IMG/VR virus record: IMGVR_UViG_3300044676_007235
Span: 1-43,383 of that record
Direction: 5' to 3' (one strand)
DNA: 43,383 bases
Source of the DNA: a virus
Lineage: Duplodnaviria > Caudoviricetes
A program made the translations under genes and the position numbers. Position 1 is the first letter of the stretch. Each line of letters starts with the position of its first letter. A model generated the notes under the pieces. The model worked only from the letters and a program-made list of their open reading frames with translations, ran no database searches and was not told where the DNA came from. This document shows, piece after piece, positions 1 to 6,218 of this stretch.

Positions 1-1
1 G

Positions 2-184
2 ATTCATGCTGATAACAGTTTTTCAAATAATGGTGTGTTTATGTTCATCGACAAAGAGACTGGTGCATGTTACAAACCAGCATCATTTAAAGCACCTGCG
101 AAAGGCATTCGGTTCTATATTGATTTCTTGACTGATCACCCTGAGATCGTAGATACTTACGGTTCATTCCTTTATGTACGATGA
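2..184 (+). CDS. 3' part of a phage hypothetical protein (truncated by window start)
   Basis: Frame 2 is open from the window start: ...FMFIDKETGACYKPASFKAPAKGIRFY...SFLYVR*. The stop overlaps the next ATG (ATGA at 181-184). Confidence 0.7.
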   Translation: MHADNSFSNNGVFMFIDKETGACYKPASFKAPAKGIRFYIDFLTDHPEIVDTYGSFLYVR

Positions 185-399
185 AAATTGACACCGTTGG
201 CAGAATCATAGGATCATTTCTTGTGGTGACTGCATATTTCATCATTCTTCATGTGAATCTATCATTAGGAGTGATTATGCAGTTCGTTGGTGATATTATC
301 TCTGTTCCATTCTTCATCAGAACAAAATCATGGGACGTGGTAATCATGCTCACATTCTTGTTAATCATCTCATCCACTAAATTACTTCCTTCTCTTTAA
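181..399 (+). CDS. small membrane protein
   Basis: 72 aa, almost entirely hydrophobic segments; ATGA-coupled to the upstream ORF. Confidence 0.65.
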   Translation: MKIDTVGRIIGSFLVVTAYFIILHVNLSLGVIMQFVGDIISVPFFIRTKSWDVVIMLTFLLIISSTKLLPSL

Positions 400-419
400 T
401 AATCTTTCCCCTATATTTT

Positions 420-450
420 TTAGGGCCCCTCAAACTGTACCCTTAGTATA
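420..450 (+). promoter_or_regulatory. 31-bp repeated motif, copy 1 (putative phage early promoter)
   Basis: TTAGGGCCCCTCAAACTGTACCCTTAGTATA aligns without gaps to six other intergenic copies and lies 16 nt before ATG 467. Confidence 0.75.
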
Positions 451-466
451 AGCACGACTTTAATCT

Positions 467-1132
467 ATGAGCAACATCAAAACCATTTTTGAAGAGAACA
501 TCGTTGAAATCATTGAAGATTTGAATGCTGAACTCTTGCAAGATAGAATCATCAATTTCTGGAAGAAAGTTGGTTCGCATCTTACTCTTACTGAGTTGGT
601 TAATACTTACTGGGGAGAGGTTAAAAGTGAGTTTGCTGTTGATTTGGGTGTTACCTTCGGTAAGATTTTTGAATTGTATCTACCATTCAAGTTGCAATCG
701 CTGGGTTACAACGTGAAACCACGTTTTTCCTCTGCTGGTGATATGATTGAAGAATTGAAGCAAGTCGCTAAGCACTGGGAACTAAAAACTGGACGCGGTA
801 AGTTCATTCAAGGCGCAACACATTCTCCTAAAGAGAAAGGTAAAATGAACTTAATTCAAGTGTTGTGGGATTGCCATTGGGATAAGTCTCTTGATGATAT
901 TATGAAAACTGGCGAGTTTATTTCTGTTATCAACGTTTGTATCTTTGAAGATACTATTGTGAATAGTATTGGTGAGCACAGTAATAACAATTCCCGCACA
1001 ACTTTGCAGTTTACTGCAGATCGTTATGATGATTGTCTTGAGGCATGTGTTTATGGAAACATCAAAAAGAATCGCGTAAATGTTGGTTTTGTGAAAACTC
1101 CTGCTCCTGTAAATGTTCTTGCCCTGGTTTGA
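467..1132 (+). CDS. putative PD-(D/E)xK restriction-endonuclease-like nuclease
   Basis: 221 aa; GKIFE helix, then AGD...WELKT, in the order expected for the E..(P)D..(D/E)xK catalytic motif; directly upstream of a DNA methyltransferase. Confidence 0.55.
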   Translation: MSNIKTIFEENIVEIIEDLNAELLQDRIINFWKKVGSHLTLTELVNTYWGEVKSEFAVDLGVTFGKIFELYLPFKLQSLGYNVKPRFSSAGDMIEELKQVAKHWELKTGRGKFIQGATHSPKEKGKMNLIQVLWDCHWDKSLDDIMKTGEFISVINVCIFEDTIVNSIGEHSNNNSRTTLQFTADRYDDCLEACVYGNIKKNRVNVGFVKTPAPVNVLALV

Positions 1133-1147
1133 TTCCAGTGGTATAAT
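1119..1147 (+). promoter_or_regulatory. sigma70-type promoter for the methyltransferase
   Basis: TTGCCC(1119-1124), 17-bp spacer, TATAAT(1142-1147) with extended -10 TG at 1139-1140. Confidence 0.65.
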
Positions 1148-1169
1148 AGTTAATTAACGCATCATCATC

Positions 1170-1994
1170 ATGGAAACGAATGTTATCTACAATGAAAGTT
1201 GCATCACTGGTATGAATCAATTGCCAGTTGATTCGATTGATTTGTGTGTAACGTCTCCTCCTTATGATGACTTGCGGACATATAATGATAGCAGTAAATG
1301 GGACTTTAATGTATTCAAACAGGTTGCATCTGAATTATATCGTATCATCAAACCTGGTGGTGTTGTTGTCTGGGTTGTTGGTGATGCTGTTATTAAAGGC
1401 GGTGAATCAATGTCATCATTCAGACAAGCATTATATTTTGGAGAGTTAGGTTTCCTGTTACATGATACGATGATATATGAGAAGAATGGATGTGCATTTC
1501 CTTCTCGTCGTGATGGTAATCGATATTCACAGATATTTGAATATATGTTTGTCTTTAGTAAGGATAAGAAACCAAAGACTGCTAATCTAATATGTGACAA
1601 GGCAAATAAGTGGGCAGGGCATACAAATTGGGGAAAGGGAACATATAGAGATAAGGATGGTAATTTAGTAGAACGTAAACAGAAACCAACACCAGAGTTT
1701 AGTCCAAGAAATAATATCTGGAGGTATAATAACGGCAAAGGTTTCACAACACGAGATGATTATGCGTATCAGCATCCTGCTATGTTCCCTGAAGCTTTAG
1801 CACGAGATCATATCAAATCATGGAGTAATGAGGGAGACATTGTTATAGATCCTTTTACTGGTGCTGGTACAACACCAGCGATTGCAAGAGAAGAAGATAG
1901 AAAATTCATTGGATATGAGATTGATAAAAAGTATTATGAGATTGCACAACGTAGGATAGAAGATAGAGCAGCAAGATTAGTATTTGAAGAATAG
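1170..1994 (+). CDS. beta-class DNA amino-methyltransferase (N4-cytosine likely; N6_N4_Mtase family)
   Basis: Catalytic motif IV TSPPY near the N-terminus, HPAMFP, then SAM-binding motif I DPFTGAGTT and GYEID near the C-terminus (beta order). SPPY is typical of m4C enzymes. Confidence 0.92.
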   Translation: METNVIYNESCITGMNQLPVDSIDLCVTSPPYDDLRTYNDSSKWDFNVFKQVASELYRIIKPGGVVVWVVGDAVIKGGESMSSFRQALYFGELGFLLHDTMIYEKNGCAFPSRRDGNRYSQIFEYMFVFSKDKKPKTANLICDKANKWAGHTNWGKGTYRDKDGNLVERKQKPTPEFSPRNNIWRYNNGKGFTTRDDYAYQHPAMFPEALARDHIKSWSNEGDIVIDPFTGAGTTPAIAREEDRKFIGYEIDKKYYEIAQRRIEDRAARLVFEE

Positions 1995-2023
1995 AGGGCC
2001 CCTGAAAGTGTCTCCATAGTATG
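1993..2023 (+). promoter_or_regulatory. 31-bp repeated motif, copy 2
   Basis: AGAGGGCCCCTGAAAGTGTCTCCATAGTATG; ends in the ATG of ORF 2021. Confidence 0.75.
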
Positions 2024-2206
2024 AGAACCAATTCAAACAACCCTTACACTGACACCCTGCTCGAAATGGGTTATGACAAACAAGACATCGAAGTTGCTGG
2101 TGCTATGTTTCAAAAACATACATTTCCATGTGTGATTCACGGACGTTCATTTGAGACTGAAGAACAATACTTTGCTGAACTTCATGAGTACATGAACGGA
2201 ATGTAA
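2021..2206 (+). CDS. hypothetical protein
   Basis: 61-aa ORF starting at the end of motif copy 2; tightly packed with the next ORF. Confidence 0.65.
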   Translation: MRTNSNNPYTDTLLEMGYDKQDIEVAGAMFQKHTFPCVIHGRSFETEEQYFAELHEYMNGM

Positions 2207-2208
2207 TC

Positions 2209-2436
2209 ATGAACCCTATTCAACAACTTTCTAATCTTTCTATTCACAAAACTATGAACACAGTCGAAATCAACAAATCTATCATGGAGTTAAACTTTAG
2301 AAAGGAGAAGTTACAGGAACAAGTAGATGGAATTCAAGAACAGATTCACTTCCTTGCTAATCTTCGCGAAACACAAAGAATGGATAATGATGAACGTTCA
2401 GGACAATCACTATTTGATGAAATGTTCGGAGGTTGA
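2209..2436 (+). CDS. hypothetical coiled-coil protein (alternative start 2254)
   Basis: 75 aa, heptad-like segment, C-terminus LFDEMFGG. Confidence 0.65.
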   Translation: MNPIQQLSNLSIHKTMNTVEINKSIMELNFRKEKLQEQVDGIQEQIHFLANLRETQRMDNDERSGQSLFDEMFGG

Positions 2437-2441
2437 TAACA

Positions 2442-2606
2442 ATGCAAGAGACTAAATTCCTTCTTCATGGTCAATTTCATCGTACTAATGGTTGGGTTAT
2501 GAATGACTGTCTAAGTTACATTAAAGCAACAAAAGAGGAAGCAATTGCAACATGTAATCGCCTCAATCCTAACTTTATAATTCAATCTGTTACCATCGAA
2601 GAGTGA
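2442..2606 (+). CDS. hypothetical protein (54 aa, not in ORF track)
   Basis: MQETKFLLHGQFHRTNGWVM...QSVTIEE*; GGAGG upstream; fills the gap between neighbouring ORFs. Confidence 0.65.
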   Translation: MQETKFLLHGQFHRTNGWVMNDCLSYIKATKEEAIATCNRLNPNFIIQSVTIEE

Positions 2607-2608
2607 TC

Positions 2609-2740
2609 ATGCGAATCTTCTTTCTTGCATTGTTTGTTATTCTAGGTGCCAATCTCATGATTGAAATGTTAGATAGTAACATGATACAAATTATCAATGA
2701 GCGTAACGAATCAATCCAACGTTCTATCGACAACCTCTGA
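2609..2740 (+). CDS. small protein with N-terminal hydrophobic helix (43 aa, not in ORF track)
   Basis: MRIFFLALFVILGANLMIEMLDSNM...IDNL*; starts 2 nt after the previous stop and ends just before motif copy 3. Confidence 0.6.
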   Translation: MRIFFLALFVILGANLMIEMLDSNMIQIINERNESIQRSIDNL

Positions 2741-2749
2741 TTCTAAAGT

Positions 2750-2780
2750 AGAGGGCCCTTCAAATTGTCTCAGTAGTATG
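2750..2780 (+). promoter_or_regulatory. 31-bp repeated motif, copy 3
   Basis: AGAGGGCCCTTCAAATTGTCTCAGTAGTATG. Confidence 0.75.
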
Positions 2781-2987
2781 AGAAACACTCCAGACAACAT
2801 CCGCGCCGCTGCTATCCTAAAGCAAATCAAAGGATGCAAGGTTGAAGACAACAATGGCAATCAGTATAGCATTGCTGATGTTAAATGCTTTAACGGGCAA
2901 GTGTCATTCATTGGACTGAAAAATTCTGATGATGATGTTAAGTATGCCAGTCTTGATTGCTATATGGAGATGGCATCAGTCGCATGA
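2778..2987 (+). CDS. hypothetical protein (start revised from 2697)
   Basis: MRNTPDNIRAAAILKQ...; the track's N-terminal extension overlaps ORF 2609-2740 and reads through the motif. Confidence 0.6.
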   Translation: MRNTPDNIRAAAILKQIKGCKVEDNNGNQYSIADVKCFNGQVSFIGLKNSDDDVKYASLDCYMEMASVA

Positions 2988-3022
2988 GGTTACAGCAACA
3001 AGAATTAACAGAGGTATAAAGT

Positions 3023-3053
3023 AGAGGGCCCTTCAAACTGTCTCAGTAGTATG
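3023..3053 (+). promoter_or_regulatory. 31-bp repeated motif, copy 4
   Basis: AGAGGGCCCTTCAAACTGTCTCAGTAGTATG (one mismatch to copy 3). Confidence 0.75.
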
Positions 3054-3206
3054 AACACAACTCAAATGAACAACATCAAAGAATTCTTCACTGATGCCGA
3101 ATGGGATGCAATCGAATCAGCACTGAATGATTATGCTGATTATGGTGATGAGGAGGCAAATCTTGTCGATTCAATTCAATCTAAACTCTCTGTTCTTTTT
3201 AACTGA
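3051..3206 (+). CDS. acidic hypothetical protein (51 aa; alternative start 3066; not in ORF track)
   Basis: MNTTQMNNIKEFFTDAEWDAIESALNDYADYGDEE...VLFN*. Confidence 0.65.
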   Translation: MNTTQMNNIKEFFTDAEWDAIESALNDYADYGDEEANLVDSIQSKLSVLFN

Positions 3207-3214
3207 TTTTTAAC

Positions 3215-3469
3215 ATGCAACTCACAGCACAGCACGGAAACATGGTTGTTGATTTCTATCCCGTCAAGTATGCTGATGGAAGTATCAGCGAGCGTCTAAT
3301 GTATAAGACGGTTACATTCATGAATGACATGCAATCAAAGTCATATATCAACAAAGAATCATTTGAAAAAGAGGTTAATAGTCGTGTTGAGGGTTACAAC
3401 TATGAAGTCACTGATTTACATACAGAACCACAACTTTTCAATTCTGCACTGATTCAAACTCGTTGGTGA
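3215..3469 (+). CDS. hypothetical protein
   Basis: 84-aa ATG ORF in a tightly packed co-directional array. Confidence 0.7.
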   Translation: MQLTAQHGNMVVDFYPVKYADGSISERLMYKTVTFMNDMQSKSYINKESFEKEVNSRVEGYNYEVTDLHTEPQLFNSALIQTRW

Positions 3470-3471
3470 TT

Positions 3472-3798
3472 ATGTCACTAATTAAGACTTATCTTCACGA
3501 ACTTCAATCACAAACAAAAATGAACTACACTCTCAAACAACTCCAAAATCGTATCACCAAGATGATCGAATTGCAGGGTGAAAATGCACCTTGCGCGGCA
3601 TGGATTTACACTGCTGAGGATTGTATGATTCGTGATGAAAATGACGAACCGACTTATCCTTGCGACAAACATCCTGAACTTGCTGAAAGAATCTTTGATA
3701 ATGTTGGGCAGATTGATTACATCTACACAATGATTCAAGACTGTGTGGATGAGGTTACAGAGGAGCAATTCATGTCATATCAGCAGGAGTTAGTCTGA
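3472..3798 (+). CDS. hypothetical protein (alternative start 3520)
   Basis: ATG at 3472 follows the previous stop; motif CAAWIYTAED. Confidence 0.65.
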   Translation: MSLIKTYLHELQSQTKMNYTLKQLQNRITKMIELQGENAPCAAWIYTAEDCMIRDENDEPTYPCDKHPELAERIFDNVGQIDYIYTMIQDCVDEVTEEQFMSYQQELV

Positions 3799-3974
3799 TG
3801 ATTGACTTCCCTATCTACAAGAAACAACTTCCACAAGTATGGTTGGAAGATGATAAGTTTATCATCGAATCAGACTCATTTCGATATGTGATTAAGGATG
3901 ATTTGAAACTGCTGTTTAAACTGTGCAGACGATTTAAGTCTGATGCAATTGCACAAACTTACGTCACTAAGTAA
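3798..3974 (+). CDS. hypothetical protein (58 aa, not in ORF track)
   Basis: MIDFPIYKKQLPQVWLEDDKF...TYVTK*; TGATG coupling, AGGAG upstream. Confidence 0.65.
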   Translation: MIDFPIYKKQLPQVWLEDDKFIIESDSFRYVIKDDLKLLFKLCRRFKSDAIAQTYVTK

Positions 3975-3978
3975 CAAC

Positions 3979-4167
3979 ATGAGAACAATCACCAAAGCAC
4001 AAGCACTTCAACAATTCAAATATAATTGGTTGGTGACAATTAAACAAAATCCAGAGATGAATAACATTCATGTAAAACGTGAATCATGGGGTATCTTTAC
4101 TGATGCACTTTGTAAGGAAGGATATATCACAATGAAGAAGTATGAGTTATGGAGTAATCCATTTTAA
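3979..4167 (+). CDS. hypothetical protein (start revised from 3943)
   Basis: MRTITKAQALQQFKYNW...FTDALCKEGYITMKKYELWSNPF*; ATG 4 nt after the previous stop. Confidence 0.7.
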   Translation: MRTITKAQALQQFKYNWLVTIKQNPEMNNIHVKRESWGIFTDALCKEGYITMKKYELWSNPF

Positions 4168-4178
4168 AAGATAAAAGT

Positions 4179-4209
4179 AGAGGGCCCTTCAAACTGTCCT
4201 AGTAATGTA
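4179..4209 (+). promoter_or_regulatory. 31-bp repeated motif, copy 5
   Basis: AGAGGGCCCTTCAAACTGTCCTAGTAATGTA. Confidence 0.75.
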
Positions 4210-4229
4210 AGAACCAATCAACTCCGACT

Positions 4230-4430
4230 ATGACTTCTGCTTTTATCACTTTCCCTTTCTTCACTAACTCTGACAGCATTCGCGAAACAATTATGTTGAG
4301 AGGCAATAGTGCTGCCAAAATCTTCTCAACTCAAGCAGCAGCAGTTAACTATTGTAAATCTATGAACCTTCCTGAGTGTTCACCAAATGGAGTAAAATGG
4401 GATTGGGAGGAGTTAGGATTTCATGGTTAA
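4230..4430 (+). CDS. hypothetical protein
   Basis: 66-aa ORF 20 nt downstream of motif copy 5. Confidence 0.6.
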   Translation: MTSAFITFPFFTNSDSIRETIMLRGNSAAKIFSTQAAAVNYCKSMNLPECSPNGVKWDWEELGFHG

Positions 4431-4468
4431 GTAAAAACTCTTCATTAACACCAATCAACTCTAATCTC

Positions 4469-4816
4469 ATGAGAAAAATCGAAACCCAAATGTGTGAAGC
4501 AATTCAGTCAAATAAGAACTGGACTAATGCTAATACATCAGTTCACTTTAATGAAGAGAATGGGGTTTCAATCGTACGTCTTCATGGTAATAAGATTGCA
4601 GAAGTCTCTGATGATTCAATGACAATCTTTGATGGTGGTTATCAGTCCAATACAACAAAGAGCAGACTGAATGCACTTTGCACTGAGTTTTGTGTGACTG
4701 GAGAAGGAGTATTTCAGAAAGACTTTCAGTGGTATGTAAGACTTTTTGTTGGTGCAATTAATGGAAAGAATGTCTATAAGAACGAAACATTTACTAACGG
4801 ATATACCTTCGCATAA
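4469..4816 (+). CDS. phage hypothetical protein (start revised from 4376)
   Basis: MRKIETQMCEAIQ...VRLHGNKIAE...DGGYQSNTTKSRLNAL...FQKDFQWY; resembles small early proteins of cyanomyoviruses. Confidence 0.75.
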   Translation: MRKIETQMCEAIQSNKNWTNANTSVHFNEENGVSIVRLHGNKIAEVSDDSMTIFDGGYQSNTTKSRLNALCTEFCVTGEGVFQKDFQWYVRLFVGAINGKNVYKNETFTNGYTFA

Positions 4817-4848
4817 TCACTAAGTAACACTCACTCACACTTTCTAAA

Positions 4849-5046
4849 ATGATGACACTCAATCAAATCGATCAACTGAAGAATGCTTATGCAGAGATGA
4901 TTGTAGAAGGAATGGATATGGATACCTTGGTTACTTTTGCTGTGGAAAGTATTGAACAAAACCTTAAAGATTACAATATGGAAGATCTAAAAGAAGAGAT
5001 TATTGATTGCTATGGTGTAGAGACTTGGTTTGGTTTGAATCCTTAA
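4849..5046 (+). CDS. acidic hypothetical protein
   Basis: 65 aa; YAEMIVEGMDMDTL. Confidence 0.7.
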   Translation: MMTLNQIDQLKNAYAEMIVEGMDMDTLVTFAVESIEQNLKDYNMEDLKEEIIDCYGVETWFGLNP

Positions 5047-5061
5047 ATCTAGTATTACAAC

Positions 5062-5089
5062 AGTCCTGGTGATGACTTAAAACTCACTA
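5062..5089 (+). ncRNA. candidate compact H-type pseudoknot in an intergenic leader
   Basis: AGUC(5062-65)/GACU(5074-77) crossed with UGGUGA(5067-72)/UCACUA(5084-89). Confidence 0.35.
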
Positions 5090-5114
5090 ATCATACACTA
5101 ACTCACACTTTTAA

Positions 5115-5207
5115 ATGTCTAATTCTGATCTCTTCCTTGCTCTTGAATCAGCACAGAATGGAAACGATATTTTACTCATTCTTGATGCTATTACTACCCT
5201 CTATTGA
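5115..5207 (+). CDS. 30-aa peptide (not in ORF track)
   Basis: MSNSDLFLALESAQNGNDILLILDAITTLY*; shares the leader ACTCACACTTT..AAATG with ORF 4849. Confidence 0.5.
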   Translation: MSNSDLFLALESAQNGNDILLILDAITTLY

Positions 5208-5271
5208 TTAGATAAGACATACCGAAGGGATAAGATTACCTTCGGTAATCGTAACAACTGAATAACACCAC

Positions 5272-5296
5272 GAGTGCCCTAAAAGGCACTCTTTTT
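5272..5296 (+). terminator. intrinsic terminator closing the small-gene array
   Basis: GAGTGCC-CTAAAA-GGCACTC followed by TTTTT. Confidence 0.8.
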
Positions 5297-5490
5297 GTTC
5301 ATATACATAAAGATTATGCTTTTTTTATTAATTAAATAACTTTTTAAATGTATATACGTTCTCCACACCTCTGTGGAAAAGTATTATATAACCTGTGTAT
5401 TAAGGTGTATTTCTGTGGAAAAGTGTGTGTTTTAATACTTCAGAGTCTTGTACTTATGTCCTTTTAAATGCTTCAGAGTCTTGTTATCTA
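5297..5490. other. origin-like non-coding region with DnaA-box-like 9-mers and 14-bp direct repeats
   Basis: AT-rich 5297-5356; TTCTCCACA 5359-5367; TGTGGAAAA (reverse complement TTTTCCACA) at 5372-5380 and 5414-5422; CTTCAGAGTCTTGT at 5438 and 5471. Confidence 0.45.
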
Positions 5491-5581
5491 AGCGAGCACT
5501 TTATCACGAATCCGCCGAAATGTCAACCGGGCGCTGATAAGTTTTTCCAGGGGATTGACATTCAAAAATATCAGTCTTTCT

Positions 5582-5589
5582 TATAAATA
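5582..5589 (+). promoter_or_regulatory. T4-type late promoter consensus
   Basis: Exact TATAAATA in intergenic DNA upstream of ORF 5661. Confidence 0.45.
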
Positions 5590-5601
5590 ATCGATGCAAC
5601 G

Positions 5602-5630
5602 TTGACAACCACACCAAGTCAACTTATACT
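5602..5630 (+). promoter_or_regulatory. sigma70-type promoter
   Basis: TTGACA(5602-07), 17 bp, TATACT(5625-30). Confidence 0.8.
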
Positions 5631-5660
5631 AGCCACAGTGTTACCCCATCTTGGAGAGTT

Positions 5661-5834
5661 ATGCCAGCAGTCTATCAACAAGCGCAGAAGAGTAAGTATC
5701 GCATCACCATCGAACTTGATGTGATGGGAGACTTTAATCCGCATAATATCGACTATAAGGAACTCTTTAATCTTGACGGTTCTGAACAGTGCGATGCATA
5801 TGTAGAGGACTTAAGTACACCAGACGTATGGTGA
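5661..5834 (+). CDS. hypothetical protein (57 aa, not in ORF track)
   Basis: MPAVYQQAQKSKYRITIELDVMGDFNPHNIDY...DLSTPDVW*; GGAG RBS and promoter upstream. Confidence 0.75.
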   Translation: MPAVYQQAQKSKYRITIELDVMGDFNPHNIDYKELFNLDGSEQCDAYVEDLSTPDVW

Positions 5835-5843
5835 GTAACTATC

Positions 5844-5874
5844 AGAGGGCCCTGTAAAGTGCATCAGTTGTATA
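5844..5874 (+). promoter_or_regulatory. 31-bp repeated motif, copy 6 (diverged)
   Basis: AGAGGGCCCTGTAAAGTGCATCAGTTGTATA. Confidence 0.65.
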
Positions 5875-5890
5875 CCCGATTGATTCCATC

Positions 5891-6163
5891 ATGGCAGCAA
5901 ACGAAACTTTCAACGGTTGGGCAAACTACGAGACATGGAACGTGTCGCTGTGGATCGGTAACGACGAGTTCCTCTACAACACAGCAAAGGCATGTGTGGA
6001 GTTCGCTGAGGGTGAGACCCCATGGGATAAGTTCGTGCGCTGCATGACTGACGGTCAGATCGGACGGATGATAGGCACGACCGAGGACGGCGTGGCATGG
6101 GATGACGCAGCGATCGACGCAGATGAGATGAATGAGATGCTGATGGAACTCGCTGCAGACTGA
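5891..6163 (+). CDS. phage hypothetical protein, GC-rich
   Basis: 90 aa; N-terminal NGWANYETWNVSLW motif; follows motif copy 6. Confidence 0.75.
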   Translation: MAANETFNGWANYETWNVSLWIGNDEFLYNTAKACVEFAEGETPWDKFVRCMTDGQIGRMIGTTEDGVAWDDAAIDADEMNEMLMELAAD

Positions 6164-6171
6164 TAACGTTC

Positions 6172-6202
6172 AGAGGGCCCTTTGATGTGTCCTAGTAGTA
6201 TA
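6172..6202 (+). promoter_or_regulatory. 31-bp repeated motif, copy 7
   Basis: AGAGGGCCCTTTGATGTGTCCTAGTAGTATA. Confidence 0.7.
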
Positions 6203-6218
6203 CTCAACCGGTTTCACC

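Noticed and set aside
2697-4468. Track starts at 2697, 3463, 3943 and 4376
   Set aside because: They overlap upstream ORFs or read through the motif; starts at 2778, 3472, 3979 and 4469 fit the gene packing better.
420-6202. 31-bp repeats as a CRISPR array or integron attC sites
   Set aside because: Spacing is irregular (270-1670 bp) and contains whole genes; there is no cas gene or integrase and no attC-like long palindrome with RYYYAAC/GTTRRRY ends.
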